Source: an uncultured delta proteobacterium (lineage in GTDB: Bacteria > Desulfobacterota > RBG-13-43-22). From it: DNA of 64,000 bases. The DNA lies in contig CAWJJC010000022.1 of the NCBI GenBank assembly GCA_963843145.1, forward strand, positions 1 to 64,000. The letters run 5' to 3'. The notes below the pieces were generated by a model that was not told the origin of the DNA, made no database searches, and saw only the letters and a list, made by a program, of their open reading frames with translations. Shown here piece by piece: positions 30,847 to 41,622 of the stretch (within the stretch, counting starts at the first letter, position 1; every line of letters begins with the position of its first letter). The translations under genes were made by a program, and so were the position numbers.

Positions 30847-32716
30847 CCGTAGGGTTCTCGACCACCGGCTCCGGGACTACCGTTCCCTCCGCCTTGGGAA
30901 TGGCCGAAGCCCTGGGCGCCAGAGAAAAATAAGCCTCGAAGAGCTTGCGGGCGATCGGGGCCGCCGCCTCTCCCCCGTGGCCCCCGTGTTCCACCAAAAC
31001 GGCCACTGCGATTTCAGGGGATTCCAGAGGGGCAAAGGCGACGAACCAGGCATGGTCGCGGCTGCTGCCCCCGACCGCCTTTTTGCCTAAAGTCACCACC
31101 TGGGCCGTTCCGCTCTTTCCGGCGGCTATAATGCCCGGTAACCGGCAGGCTGCCCCGGTACCACCCGGCTCATTGACCACCCCGGCCAGTCCTTGGCGAA
31201 CCAGCTTGAGGGACTCCGCACTGACCTTTGCCTGTTGAATCCGCTGGGGAGGATATTCCCCCAGCACCACTCCCTGGGGGGAAACCAACCGTTTAACCAA
31301 TTGCGGACGATACACCGTCCCCCCGTTGGCCACGGCGGCCGTCAGCACGGCCATCTGCAGGGGAGTGACCAGGTCATAGCCTTGACCGATGGAAATGGAC
31401 AGGGTCTCGCCCGGCTGCCAGGGCGTTTTAAACCGACTTAACTTCCAGGCCGAGGTGGGAATCAATCCTTTTTTTTCATGGGCCAGGGAAATTCCGGTGA
31501 GTTCCCCCAATCCGAAAAGCCGCGCATAATGGGCCAGACGGTCCACGCCCACCCGCTGGCCTACTTGATAAAAGTAAACATCGCAGGATTGGACGATGGC
31601 TTTATGAAGCTCCACCTGACCGTGTCCCCCTTTCCGCCAACAGTGAAAGACCCGGTTGCCAAAAAGCAAAGCCCCATTGCAGTAGAATGACGTGGTGGGG
31701 GTAATCACGCCCTCTTCCAAGGCGGCCAAGGCCGTCACAATTTTATAGGTGGAACCCGGAGGATACTGCCCCTGGATGGCTCGATTTTGAAAAGGCTTTA
31801 AGGGATCATTGATCAGAGCGTTCCATTCCTTGCCCGAAAGGTGCCGGGAAAAGGTGGTCGGGTCAAAAGCCGGGGTGCTGACCATCGCCAGCACCTCGCC
31901 GGTGGCAGGTTTGAGGGCCACTACGGCCCCTGTTTTCCCTTTGAGCGCCTCCTGGGCCACCTGCTGGAGCTTCCAATCCAGGGTGGTGATCAGATTGTTC
32001 CCGGCCACCGATTCTTTATAGTAAAGAGGCCGGATTTCATCCCCCAGGGCGTCCACCTCTATATAGCGCCCACCCTTGACCCCGCCGAGATCCGATTGCC
32101 ACTGGTATTCCAGTCCCCATTGGCCGATAAAATCCCCCATCCGTCGTTGGGGAAAAAGGCCGCTTTTTATCTGCTTGGGGGTAATTTCACTGAGGTAGCC
32201 GATCAGATGAGGAGCTACCACCCCCAAGGGATAGTTGCGCTGAGGGCTGACTTCGATATAGATCCCCGGCAATAGGTATTTATAGGTCTCGAGCAGTCCC
32301 AGTTCGTCCCGGCTGATATCCAATTTTATCGGCACCGGCTTCAATGGCCCGACCTTGCTATCGGAGTAGCGCTGCTCGATTTCCTCCGCATCCATTTTTA
32401 GCAGATGCCTCAAGCGGTTTTTAAGCACCCCCCAATCTTGGACATCATCCGGAATGACATAGAGGTTAAAGGAGGGCCGGGAACTGACCAGCATAATTCC
32501 ATTACGATCGAAAATAATTCCCCTGGAGGGCGGCACGTCCAGGACCCGGATGCGATTATTTTCCGAAAGTTGTTTAAAATAAGTCCCCTTGGCAATCTGC
32601 AGGTACCAGATACGAACCACCAGGGCGAAAAACACAGCTAAGATGATCAAGGTGGCGATAAAAAATCGCTTCAAGACATCCAGGGGTTCATTGGTCAGGA
32701 GCTGAAAAATGGACAT
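30842..32716 (-). CDS. mrdA: Penicillin-binding protein 2
   Basis: RGIIFDRNG, PGSTYK (SxxK), SCD, KSGTAQ, DHAWF. Confidence 0.95.
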   Translation of the reverse strand: MSIFQLLTNEPLDVLKRFFIATLIILAVFFALVVRIWYLQIAKGTYFKQLSENNRIRVLDVPPSRGIIFDRNGIMLVSSRPSFNLYVIPDDVQDWGVLKNRLRHLLKMDAEEIEQRYSDSKVGPLKPVPIKLDISRDELGLLETYKYLLPGIYIEVSPQRNYPLGVVAPHLIGYLSEITPKQIKSGLFPQRRMGDFIGQWGLEYQWQSDLGGVKGGRYIEVDALGDEIRPLYYKESVAGNNLITTLDWKLQQVAQEALKGKTGAVVALKPATGEVLAMVSTPAFDPTTFSRHLSGKEWNALINDPLKPFQNRAIQGQYPPGSTYKIVTALAALEEGVITPTTSFYCNGALLFGNRVFHCWRKGGHGQVELHKAIVQSCDVYFYQVGQRVGVDRLAHYARLFGLGELTGISLAHEKKGLIPTSAWKLSRFKTPWQPGETLSISIGQGYDLVTPLQMAVLTAAVANGGTVYRPQLVKRLVSPQGVVLGEYPPQRIQQAKVSAESLKLVRQGLAGVVNEPGGTGAACRLPGIIAAGKSGTAQVVTLGKKAVGGSSRDHAWFVAFAPLESPEIAVAVLVEHGGHGGEAAAPIARKLFEAYFSLAPRASAIPKAEGTVVPEPVVENPTD

Positions 32717-32726
32717 AGCCGATTTA

Positions 32727-33221
32727 TTAATGGAGAGGCAGTCTCTTTGTCATCAGGTGCCGATGAAAATAGACCAGAGGCAAGCTGATCAACATGGTAA
32801 TCAGGCCCTGCACCAGTATATAGAGCACCTGGATTTGGGAAAATTCAACCCCGATATTTATTCTTAACAGGATCTGAACCAGGAAAACGTAAAAAACCTG
32901 GAGCACGAAAATGGAAACGAATTGTATCCACAGGGATTGCAACTGGGTGCGGGTCCAGATCAGGTGGCACAGCAAAAAAATCAAAGGATAGAGGATCAAG
33001 GTCAATCCCAGCATGTCCCAGGAAAGGATGTCCACCAGCATGCCCAAAAAGGCGCTGATCAGAAGCCCTGAGCCGAACTGGCTTAACGTGCCCAGGAGTG
33101 TGACCAGGACGAAAACCAGGTCCAGCCGGAAAGGGTTGATTTCCTCTCCGTAAAACCAGGTGGATTGCAGGACCAGAAAGGCTATTCCGATCCCCAACCA
33201 GATAAAAAAATCCTTAATCAC
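32727..33221 (-). CDS. mreD: Rod shape-determining protein MreD
   Basis: Very hydrophobic ORF between mreC and mrdA; probable GTG start overlapping the mreC end. Confidence 0.75.
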   Translation of the reverse strand: MIKDFFIWLGIGIAFLVLQSTWFYGEEINPFRLDLVFVLVTLLGTLSQFGSGLLISAFLGMLVDILSWDMLGLTLILYPLIFLLCHLIWTRTQLQSLWIQFVSIFVLQVFYVFLVQILLRINIGVEFSQIQVLYILVQGLITMLISLPLVYFHRHLMTKRLPLH

Positions 33222-34062
33222 TGGCGGAATCGTCCTCCGGAGAAGCAAACCGGGGTTTTTTCTGGATGACCAGGACCTCTTCGATCTGTCCCAGGTTGAC
33301 TTGGGGACTGACCTCAACGAACAAAAAGTTGCCCTTGACTTGCGAAACCACCCTTTTCACCCTCCCCAAGGTGATCCCTTTGGGAAATAATTCATCCAGC
33401 CCGGAGGTGATTATGGTGTCGCCGGTCTGGATATCGTCATTGCGGGAAACATATTTAAGCTGACAAAACCCGTCGGGATGACCGGTCCAAATCCCCCGGA
33501 CACGGGATCGCTGGCTGAGGCAATCCACCGCAAAGCCCGGATCGTTTAGCAAAAGGACCTGCGCGTGGTGTTCCGATGTTTTTTCCAGCCGGCCTACCAG
33601 GCCGTCGACCTGAAGGACCGGCATCCCCCGGACCAATCCATCCTTTCGGCCCTTATTGATAAACAAGGCCTGCAAAAAGGGGCTGGGCCCCCTCCCCACC
33701 ACTTCAGCGATCTGGGCGGGTCCGCCAATTTGCGTTTTAAGTTGAAACATCTTGCGCAGGCGCAATTCCGACTGAATCTGTTCCCGCAACCGACTGTTTT
33801 CGCTTCGAAGCTGGGCGACCTGTTTTTTAAGCTGTTCATTATCGTCCTGGGTGTGCACTAAATAGAAATAATGATTCCAACCCGAGAGGACCGATATCTT
33901 GAGGGTATTAAAAATAGAAAAAACGGGGAGGAGGCCGTCGACGATGGAGCTTTCTACCCGGTTATAGTCTCGCTGACGATGAGTCAGTGTAGAAAATAAG
34001 GCCAGCAATACCAGGAGGCCAAGCCAGACGAGCAGCACATTGCGCAATTTTTTAATAAACAC
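33214..34062 (-). CDS. mreC: Rod shape-determining protein MreC
   Basis: TM, coiled coil, INKGRKDG, TSGLDELFPKGI. Confidence 0.92.
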   Translation of the reverse strand: MFIKKLRNVLLVWLGLLVLLALFSTLTHRQRDYNRVESSIVDGLLPVFSIFNTLKISVLSGWNHYFYLVHTQDDNEQLKKQVAQLRSENSRLREQIQSELRLRKMFQLKTQIGGPAQIAEVVGRGPSPFLQALFINKGRKDGLVRGMPVLQVDGLVGRLEKTSEHHAQVLLLNDPGFAVDCLSQRSRVRGIWTGHPDGFCQLKYVSRNDDIQTGDTIITSGLDELFPKGITLGRVKRVVSQVKGNFLFVEVSPQVNLGQIEEVLVIQKKPRFASPEDDSASD

Positions 34063-34097
34063 GCCGCGTTTCCGGGATCAAGGAGGCAGAGGTTGCT

Positions 34098-35138
<1,041 letters not shown>

Positions 35139-35234
35139 TTAAAACGTTCAAAACCGGGCCTTGTCAGGCCAATCGGCTGCTTTTACTATAAATGATAAAT
35201 CTATCAAACTAATCTATCTAATACAAGGTTTATT

Positions 35235-35464
35235 TGGATTAAAACAGTGACGGTACCTCGGAGTCTGTTCCCTGACTTCAGTCCGGCAACGATTTTTTAG
35301 CCCTGGATGAAAACCAGGATGGGTTGATCGACAACGGGCGGGAGCTCTTCGGTCCTCAAGGCGGGAACGGGTTCGCTGAACTGTCCCAATACGATCAGGA
35401 CAGGTCCGGCTGGATCGAAAAAAACGACCCGATATCCAGCCGCCTCCGGGTCTGGACTAAAAGA
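35235..35464 (+). pseudogene. Remnant of an EF-hand/VCBS-like Ca-binding repeat protein gene
   Basis: NSDGTSESVP*LQSGNDFLALDENQDGLIDNGRELFGPQGGNGFAELSQYDQDRSGWIEKNDPISSRLRVW, with an internal stop, truncated by the repeat element. Confidence 0.65.
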
Positions 35465-35776
35465 CGCTTCGCCCTTTTGGGTGGGTACCCCCCAGATCTG
35501 GTATGGCCGTGGGGTCTTGGCGAAAGGGTTTTCCAAAGGTACTCCGGACTTCGAATCCGGGCCTAACTTGCTAATTTTATTTAAAGCAGGCCCATACTCA
35601 GAGTATTTTGATGTCTTCTTGGCTGGCCCTGTCTCCTGGAAACTTTGAATGTCTGGGGACCGGGTAGAACCAAAAAAGCAATATGGAAAACCCTTTCGCC
35701 AAGACCCCACGGCCACGGAGACCCGATTTCAGATTAATCTGCTATATATTGTGGCCACCCACCCAAAAGGGCAAAC
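35465..35776 (+). mobile_element. Nested MITE-like element, filled copy
   Basis: Outer 16-bp perfect IR 35471-35486/35757-35772; inner 32-bp perfect IR 35504-35535/35684-35715. Confidence 0.85.
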
Positions 35777-35853
35777 AACCTCCCAAGTTCAACTTTTTCT
35801 TTTTCCCCATTATGGTATAGTAAAATGGTTACCGGCCGACAAGGAGGGCCCTG

Positions 35854-36594
35854 ATGAAGCGTCTCAACTGGCAATTATTTCTGGTCATCTTTCTTCTTGG
35901 CCTTTCGGCCTGCTTTTACCTCCTGCAGATCGAACTCTTTCATCGACTGGAAGATACGGCCTTTTACTTCTTTCAAGACCTGGCCTTTGTTCCGATCCAG
36001 GTGCTGCTGGTCACCCTGATTATCAACCAGGTGCTGGCCGCTCGGGAAAAAAAGTCCACCCTGAAAAAACTGAATATGATCATCGGGGTCTTTTACCACG
36101 AAATCGGGACACCGTTGCTAAAATTTTTTTATCAACTGGAACCCCGGGCCGAGGAGATCAAAGAAAATCTCTGGGTGCAGGAACACTGGTCCAAGAGGCA
36201 ATTTGCCCGGTCCAGTAAACTTTTTAAAAGATATAAATACCAGGTAAAAATCCGGTTGGGCTTGCTCGAAGAAATGCGGGCTTTTTTGATTGCCAAGCGG
36301 GAAATGATGCTCCGTCTGCTGGAGAACCCCAATCTGCTGGAACATGACGCCTTCACCGATATGATGCTGGCGGTCTTTCATCTTCATGACGAACTGGCCA
36401 GCCGTGAGGCCTTTGGCGAGCTGCCGGAAAATGACCTGGCCCATCTGTCCGGGGACATCAAGCGGGCCATGCAGTGGGTGGTTTCGGAATGGCTGCTTTA
36501 CTTAAGACATCTCCAGGAAAACTACCCGTACCTTTATTCCCTCGAGGTGAGGAAAAACCCCTTTGACCCTGGAGCCTCCCCCATTGTAAAATAA
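35854..36594 (+). CDS. Conserved hypothetical membrane protein (2 N-terminal TMs)
   Basis: QDLAFVPIQVLLVTLII, KLNMIIGVFY, LLENPNLLEHD, YPYLYSL; GGAGG RBS. Confidence 0.75.
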   Translation: MKRLNWQLFLVIFLLGLSACFYLLQIELFHRLEDTAFYFFQDLAFVPIQVLLVTLIINQVLAAREKKSTLKKLNMIIGVFYHEIGTPLLKFFYQLEPRAEEIKENLWVQEHWSKRQFARSSKLFKRYKYQVKIRLGLLEEMRAFLIAKREMMLRLLENPNLLEHDAFTDMMLAVFHLHDELASREAFGELPENDLAHLSGDIKRAMQWVVSEWLLYLRHLQENYPYLYSLEVRKNPFDPGASPIVK

Positions 36595-36658
36595 ATTGGA
36601 CAGGAATTCATTTTTATCTGCCATCATGATTTTTCTTTTTTGTTTTTCGGCCGGGAAT

Positions 36659-36985
36659 CTACTTGCAGAGCAAAGATTTAATCATCGCCTCTTGTTCCTC
36701 AACCGACACTTCGGCGACCTTTTCGGCCGCCTTTCGGCCGTCCTGAAAAAGACAGAGGGTCGGATAGCGTTCCACCTGGAGATCCCTCTTGGAGAGTGGA
36801 TTTTTATCCACATCCATCTTCAGGAAACAGACCTGCGCATATTCCGGCAAACAGGAAACCGTTTCTAAAACGGGCAGGATCCGCTGACAATCCCCACACC
36901 AGGGCGCATAGGCCAACAGGAGTACCGGTCCTTCCTTTCCGAGAACTTCTTTCTTATAATCGTCATCCTTAATTTCCTTGATCAT
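36659..36985 (-). CDS. Thioredoxin-family protein
   Basis: APWCGDC active site, MDVD, YPT cis-Pro loop. Confidence 0.85.
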   Translation of the reverse strand: MIKEIKDDDYKKEVLGKEGPVLLLAYAPWCGDCQRILPVLETVSCLPEYAQVCFLKMDVDKNPLSKRDLQVERYPTLCLFQDGRKAAEKVAEVSVEEQEAMIKSLLCK

Positions 36986-37823
36986 GGAGTACGCTCCTTT
37001 CCGGGGTATCAAAGCCCGGTCGAATAAAGTCCCTGGCCTGGGGAAACTCTTTCTCGACCATTTCTCTCAAGTGACCGAGGTGATTTACGATTTTTCCAAT
37101 CTCCGCGCCCGGTCCTTCCCACTGGGCGGCCAACTCTCCCCAGGCGCTCAATGACCGATCGATCCCGATCAAGGCTATTTTAGCCGATCCATCGGAATCC
37201 TTGGGGAAATCATCCTCTTCCAGCTCCATTTCTTCCGCCTTGCTTATCAAGGCTCGGCCCAGTTTTGGAGGCAGAAAAACCTGATACCAGAGAATAACCT
37301 CCAGGGCCTCTTTCCGGGAAATCGGGGGCTCCTGGGGGTTCGGGGCCGCTTTGACTAAATGAAGATGATTAGGGGAGGGCGTAGGTTCCGGTTCAAGCCA
37401 GTCGCCATTGTTTTTTACCCACTCGTCGACCAGCAGCGCGTATCGTTGGGCCATCGTCGGCAGCAGGTGAACCACCCGGGGTTTATCCGCCTCGGGTTCA
37501 TCCACCACCGCCTCCAAATCGATCCCTTCTTCTTCCGCCAGGTCCTGCAACAGACTGAAGGCCATCTCCAGGGATTCCGATATTTTTTTCCAGAACCGAT
37601 CATTGGCCAGATCCAGGTCCTCGGCCCGGGTCCCCGAATCCTCTTCCATCGCGAAATTTAAACAGCGCGCCGTCAGCGGACATCGTTCGCACCAGCGGTC
37701 ACAATAATTGTAAATTCCAGGAATATGGCGGGGATCTTTGGCCCGTCTTAAGAGCTCTTCTTTATCCACCGGGTACTGTTCCTTCCTTGGGGGTTCCTTC
37801 TTGCCCTCCTGGCAGCTCTTCAA
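36969..37823 (-). CDS. Conserved hypothetical protein with YNYCDRWCERC...C metal-binding motif
   Basis: IPGIYNYCDRWCERCPLTARC, DGSAKIALIGIDRS, FIRPGFD; start uncertain. Confidence 0.7.
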   Translation of the reverse strand: MKSCQEGKKEPPRKEQYPVDKEELLRRAKDPRHIPGIYNYCDRWCERCPLTARCLNFAMEEDSGTRAEDLDLANDRFWKKISESLEMAFSLLQDLAEEEGIDLEAVVDEPEADKPRVVHLLPTMAQRYALLVDEWVKNNGDWLEPEPTPSPNHLHLVKAAPNPQEPPISRKEALEVILWYQVFLPPKLGRALISKAEEMELEEDDFPKDSDGSAKIALIGIDRSLSAWGELAAQWEGPGAEIGKIVNHLGHLREMVEKEFPQARDFIRPGFDTPERSVLHDQGN

Positions 37824-37878
37824 AGCGGCCTCGTCGTTTAGTGATTCCCGCTCGGATTCATGGACGAAAAACTGTTCC

Positions 37879-38946
37879 TTACCGGAGAACCATGGCTTTT
37901 TCCGGGCAAATTTCCTGGCAGCAAAAGCAGGTAATACAGGTATCTTCCTTCACCTTGGGCAAATTATCCTCCATGGTCAGCGCGGATACCGGGCACTGTT
38001 CCAGGCAGGTGCCGCAGCCGGTGCATAGCTCGGGATCGGCCTGGGGGCGCAGGAGGGTTTTTCCGTGCATAAAGGCCTGGATGGTTTCGTTGCCGCTGAT
38101 CGCTTCGCCCCCCAAAGGAGGAAGCCGGAAATCGGGCAGCCGCTCCAGCTTTCCCAGGATTTGGATCCCTTCCAGGTCATAGTCCCCCAGGCCCATTTCC
38201 CGAGCCTTCTGCAGGAACCGCAAGCGGCCCGGGTCACAACCGGCCATGAAGGCCATCACCGAGTCCAGCGCCACGGCGTTGTCGGAAGCCAGGATCAGAC
38301 CGATCTCCCTGAGATCCGGGGAGGCCGGCCCGTTACCCTCCATACCTACTACGGCATCCAGGATAAAGAGATCAGGCACCCGCAACCGGAACACTTCGAC
38401 CACTGCTTCATGGAACCTGGCGGGGCTACCCGCCGCCTGGTGCAGCTTGGCCTTTTGGGCGCCGGGCAAAATGCCGTAACTGTTCTTGATGGCCCCGGTG
38501 ATGACGGTCAGTCCGTGGGTCTTGAATTTCGGCAGGCTGATGAAGACGTCGGCCTCCAGGACCATCCGGGAAACGCTCACGGCAGGTAAGAAATCGGGAT
38601 TGAAGGCCACCGCGCAGGCATCTTCGCCGATATTGCGGTAATAGCCTTTCGCGGCCTCCAGCAAACCGGTTTTTTTGAAACTTTCTTCATTGGCCCCATA
38701 GCTGAAAAGGCCGGGATTGTCCCCCACCACGATGGAGGCCGGGACCAGGGTCTCCAATTTTTCCACCACGGCCCGCAGCACGGCGGGATGGGTCACTATC
38801 CCCTCCCCGGCCTCAGAGGCCCGGAGCACATTGGGTTTGACCAGCACCTTCTTCCCGGCCAGATTCAGGGGAAAAAGCGCAAAGGCCCGGTCTACGGCCG
38901 TACGGACGTTCTTGTAAGTGGCGGGATGGATCATCACCTGGGACAT
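37879..38946 (-). CDS. DUF362 protein with 2x[4Fe-4S] ferredoxin domain
   Basis: VLVKPN, THP, LPKFKTH, GMEGNGP, CTGCGTC...CP, CITCFCCQEICP. Confidence 0.88.
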   Translation of the reverse strand: MSQVMIHPATYKNVRTAVDRAFALFPLNLAGKKVLVKPNVLRASEAGEGIVTHPAVLRAVVEKLETLVPASIVVGDNPGLFSYGANEESFKKTGLLEAAKGYYRNIGEDACAVAFNPDFLPAVSVSRMVLEADVFISLPKFKTHGLTVITGAIKNSYGILPGAQKAKLHQAAGSPARFHEAVVEVFRLRVPDLFILDAVVGMEGNGPASPDLREIGLILASDNAVALDSVMAFMAGCDPGRLRFLQKAREMGLGDYDLEGIQILGKLERLPDFRLPPLGGEAISGNETIQAFMHGKTLLRPQADPELCTGCGTCLEQCPVSALTMEDNLPKVKEDTCITCFCCQEICPEKAMVLR

Positions 38947-39025
38947 GTTTACTCCTCCTTTTCCCAAAGATCCGCTTTAAGGGGATATTCTATCCTACTA
39001 TCTTTTCTGGATAAAGGAAAGTGAG

Positions 39026-39243
39026 GCTTCGTTTTTTTAGGTGGGTACCCCCCAGATCCGGGTTGGCCTTGGGGTCTCGGCGAAAGGGTTTTCCAAAAGT
39101 GCTCCGGACTTCGAATCCGGACCTAAATTACTAATTTTATTTAGAGCAGGCCCATACTCAGCGTATTTTGATGCTTCCTTGGCTGGTCCTGCCTCCTGGA
39201 AAATTTGAAAGTAAGATGGCCAGGTTAGAACTAAAAAACAATG
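39026..39243 (+). repeat. Diverged, right-truncated copy of the filled nested element
   Basis: Colinear with 35465-35683 (GTGGGTACCCCCCAGATC...CGAAAGGGTTTTCCAAA...CTCCGGACTTCGAATCCGG...GCAGGCCCATACTCAG). Confidence 0.85.
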
Positions 39244-39249
39244 GGGAGG

Positions 39250-39299
39250 AAGAAAGAAAGGCCGCTTTTGTAAAAGAAAGCGGCCTTTCTTTCTTTTTT
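39250..39299. terminator. Terminator of the acs operon
   Basis: AAGAAAGAAAGGCCGCTTT/AAAGCGGCCTTTCTTTCTT long stem just downstream of acsE. Confidence 0.8.
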
Positions 39300-39316
39300 G
39301 AATTCGTGGATGATAA

Positions 39317-40195
39317 CTAAATTTCCAGCCAGGAATCGGAATACAAGGTGTGGCCCAGGATGACCTTGGCCGTTTTCGCATAGTCCTGCATTTCTTTGGA
39401 CAGACTGCCCAGATCAAGGGCTTCGCCATCCATGACCTTATGGACGATCTCCACGACATCCGGACGGTTGCCGCGGGCGATGTCCATGATCTTATCATCA
39501 AAGGCGTCGATAATACAGGAATACATCCCGTGGCGCTCCAGCATGATCATGTACGTCTGGTTGAGAATGGGCCGCAGGTGATCCGGAGGCCCGTTGGAGA
39601 CGTTGGACAGGCCGCAGGTCGACTTGGCCCCCGGAGCGATATCCTGGACCATGCTCATGAAGGTCAGGGTACTCATGAGCTGCTGTTGCTGTATGTTGAC
39701 CGGGGTAATGATCGGATCGACGAAAATATTTTCGTTGGGGATCCCCGCCTCGTTGGCCGCGTAGAGGAGTTCGGCGGCCAGGGCTCCCCGCTCGTTCTCG
39801 TCCCGGGGCAATCCTTCCGGACCCCAGAGCAAGGCGATCATCATGGCTTCATACTGCTTACAGATGGGCAGCATGACCGTGTAACGCTCCGGACGGGCCA
39901 TGATGGAATTGATGATGGCCTGACCTTTATGGACCTTCAGCCCGGCTTCGATGGCCGCGATATTGGAAGTGTCCAGGGCCAGAGGGATGTCGGTCACCTC
40001 CTGAACGGTCTTGACCACCCAGGACATCAATTCCTCGCCGCCTTTGCGGGCGGGGCCCAGGTTAATATCGATAAAATCCACCTTGGCCGCGGCCAGCTTT
40101 TCCGCCATCTCCCGAATGGGAACGGGATCCATTTCCTTAAAGGCCCGACCGATGCCTTTATTAATCACGTTTAGATTTTCACCGATGGAATACAT
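39317..40195 (-). CDS. acsE: Methyltetrahydrofolate:corrinoid Fe-S protein methyltransferase
   Basis: IGENLN, IDIN, LALDTSN, IINS, FVDP, GLSNVSNG pterin-binding motifs; position in the acs cluster. Confidence 0.9.
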   Translation of the reverse strand: MYSIGENLNVINKGIGRAFKEMDPVPIREMAEKLAAAKVDFIDINLGPARKGGEELMSWVVKTVQEVTDIPLALDTSNIAAIEAGLKVHKGQAIINSIMARPERYTVMLPICKQYEAMMIALLWGPEGLPRDENERGALAAELLYAANEAGIPNENIFVDPIITPVNIQQQQLMSTLTFMSMVQDIAPGAKSTCGLSNVSNGPPDHLRPILNQTYMIMLERHGMYSCIIDAFDDKIMDIARGNRPDVVEIVHKVMDGEALDLGSLSKEMQDYAKTAKVILGHTLYSDSWLEI

Positions 40196-40268
40196 GGTTC
40201 TCTCCTTTTAAGCGTAGTGACCAGTGACAAGTAAGAAACAACAGCCTGGGTACCCGTACCCTCACAAC

Positions 40269-41612
40269 CTATTTCAGATCCCGCAGGAACTTGGGAATAT
40301 GGGCGGCTTCCCGAGGTCCGACCTTAATCGTCCAACCCGGCAATTCTTCTTCCAAGTCTCCGGCAATGGAGGCCGAGTAACCCGGGATGATCAGGTTGCG
40401 GTGTTTGACCTTGTCGGCGATCCCGGATTTCTTGATAAAGCTCCCCACGGCGTCCCCGACGAATTTCCCGGCCGCCCAGGCGGTCATGACCGACAAACCT
40501 TCGGTGTCCATAATGCAGAGCCAGGTGGGCACGCGGCTGCCTTCGATTTCCCCAGCGACTATAAAATAAGTCAGGGAGAAGTTGGAGGTCACGCAAACCG
40601 GCGAATTTTCATCCGGGCCGTTGATTTCATAGATGCCCTGGGTAACCGTCATGGGCCGCTGCGGGTCGGTAAAGATGTTCAGCCGTTCCAGCAAGAGAGG
40701 GAAGATGGACTGGCCTTCGAAATCGGACAAGACCAGCACCCCGGCATACTTGGCCACCATGAGGGCCCCGAACAGGGTCTCGGTTTCCAGGTCCGGGGCC
40801 ATGTCACAGGGAAAGCAGATAGTCGGAAAACCGAGGGCCTTTTCCTTCTGGGCTAACGCGGTCCGCCGAATGGCCACCTGGTCTTCCAGGACCTTTTTGA
40901 TCGTCCGGGCTCCGGAGTCCAGGACCAGGTCCTTCAATCCGGCCTTAGTCAGTTTGTTGGACAAGGCGATCAGTTCATCCAGACCGTCCCCCTTGACCGC
41001 CAGAGGACATTTGGCTTCCTTGGCCAGTTCGCCCATGGCCTCCACGTTGTCCTTGGTGGCCGCATAGAGCAGTGGGTTGCCGCCGGGACAGGCCGCCAAA
41101 CCCGCCTTCAGCACCTCTGGCTTATCGCTCATCAGGATCAAACTGAAATTACTGGTATCGAAAACCTGTTTGACCACGGCGGCGAACGCGGCGGCATCGC
41201 CGTTCAGGTCTTTGACCGCCACCAGTTCGGGTCGCAGGTTCAACCCCACCCGTTCATACTGGAGGGTGTCCCATTTGCGCAGTTTGGCCGAAACGGTGTC
41301 GGCTTTCATGTCGCTGGTCAGCACGGCGCCCAGTCCGGTGGGATTGAAAAAAGTTTTTTCATGGCGGAAAAGAACGGTTTCCCCGCCCGTTTTTACGGCG
41401 TGATCACCAGCTCCGATCGTCAGGGGACGAATCGGCGGGGCCGAGGCTTCAGCCAACTGGGCCTTGGCCTCTTCGGAAACATAGGGACATAAAGCCAGCT
41501 CGGCCTTGCCGGCAGCCAGGTTCATGGCAAAGGCCAGGCACGTCGGCACACCACAGTCACCACAATTCGTTTTGGGAAGCAGCTTGAAAATTTGAATTCC
41601 TGTTAAACCCAT
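40269..41612 (-). CDS. acsC: Corrinoid Fe-S protein large (gamma) subunit
   Basis: LPKTNCGDCGVPTCLAFA, GGETVLFRHEK, IFTDPQRP, GLSVMTAWAAGKF, GPREA. Confidence 0.95.
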   Translation of the reverse strand: MGLTGIQIFKLLPKTNCGDCGVPTCLAFAMNLAAGKAELALCPYVSEEAKAQLAEASAPPIRPLTIGAGDHAVKTGGETVLFRHEKTFFNPTGLGAVLTSDMKADTVSAKLRKWDTLQYERVGLNLRPELVAVKDLNGDAAAFAAVVKQVFDTSNFSLILMSDKPEVLKAGLAACPGGNPLLYAATKDNVEAMGELAKEAKCPLAVKGDGLDELIALSNKLTKAGLKDLVLDSGARTIKKVLEDQVAIRRTALAQKEKALGFPTICFPCDMAPDLETETLFGALMVAKYAGVLVLSDFEGQSIFPLLLERLNIFTDPQRPMTVTQGIYEINGPDENSPVCVTSNFSLTYFIVAGEIEGSRVPTWLCIMDTEGLSVMTAWAAGKFVGDAVGSFIKKSGIADKVKHRNLIIPGYSASIAGDLEEELPGWTIKVGPREAAHIPKFLRDLK

Positions 41613-41622
41613 GCTCATCTCC

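Noticed and set aside
35541-35562. TTCGAAT resembling a tRNA T-loop
   Set aside because: Stem register does not fit a T-arm, and no acceptor, D or anticodon arms were found.
35297-35716. Paralogous-looking ORFs 35297-35716 and 39037-39501
   Set aside because: Similarity comes only from the shared repeat element; different starts, mostly non-synonymous changes.
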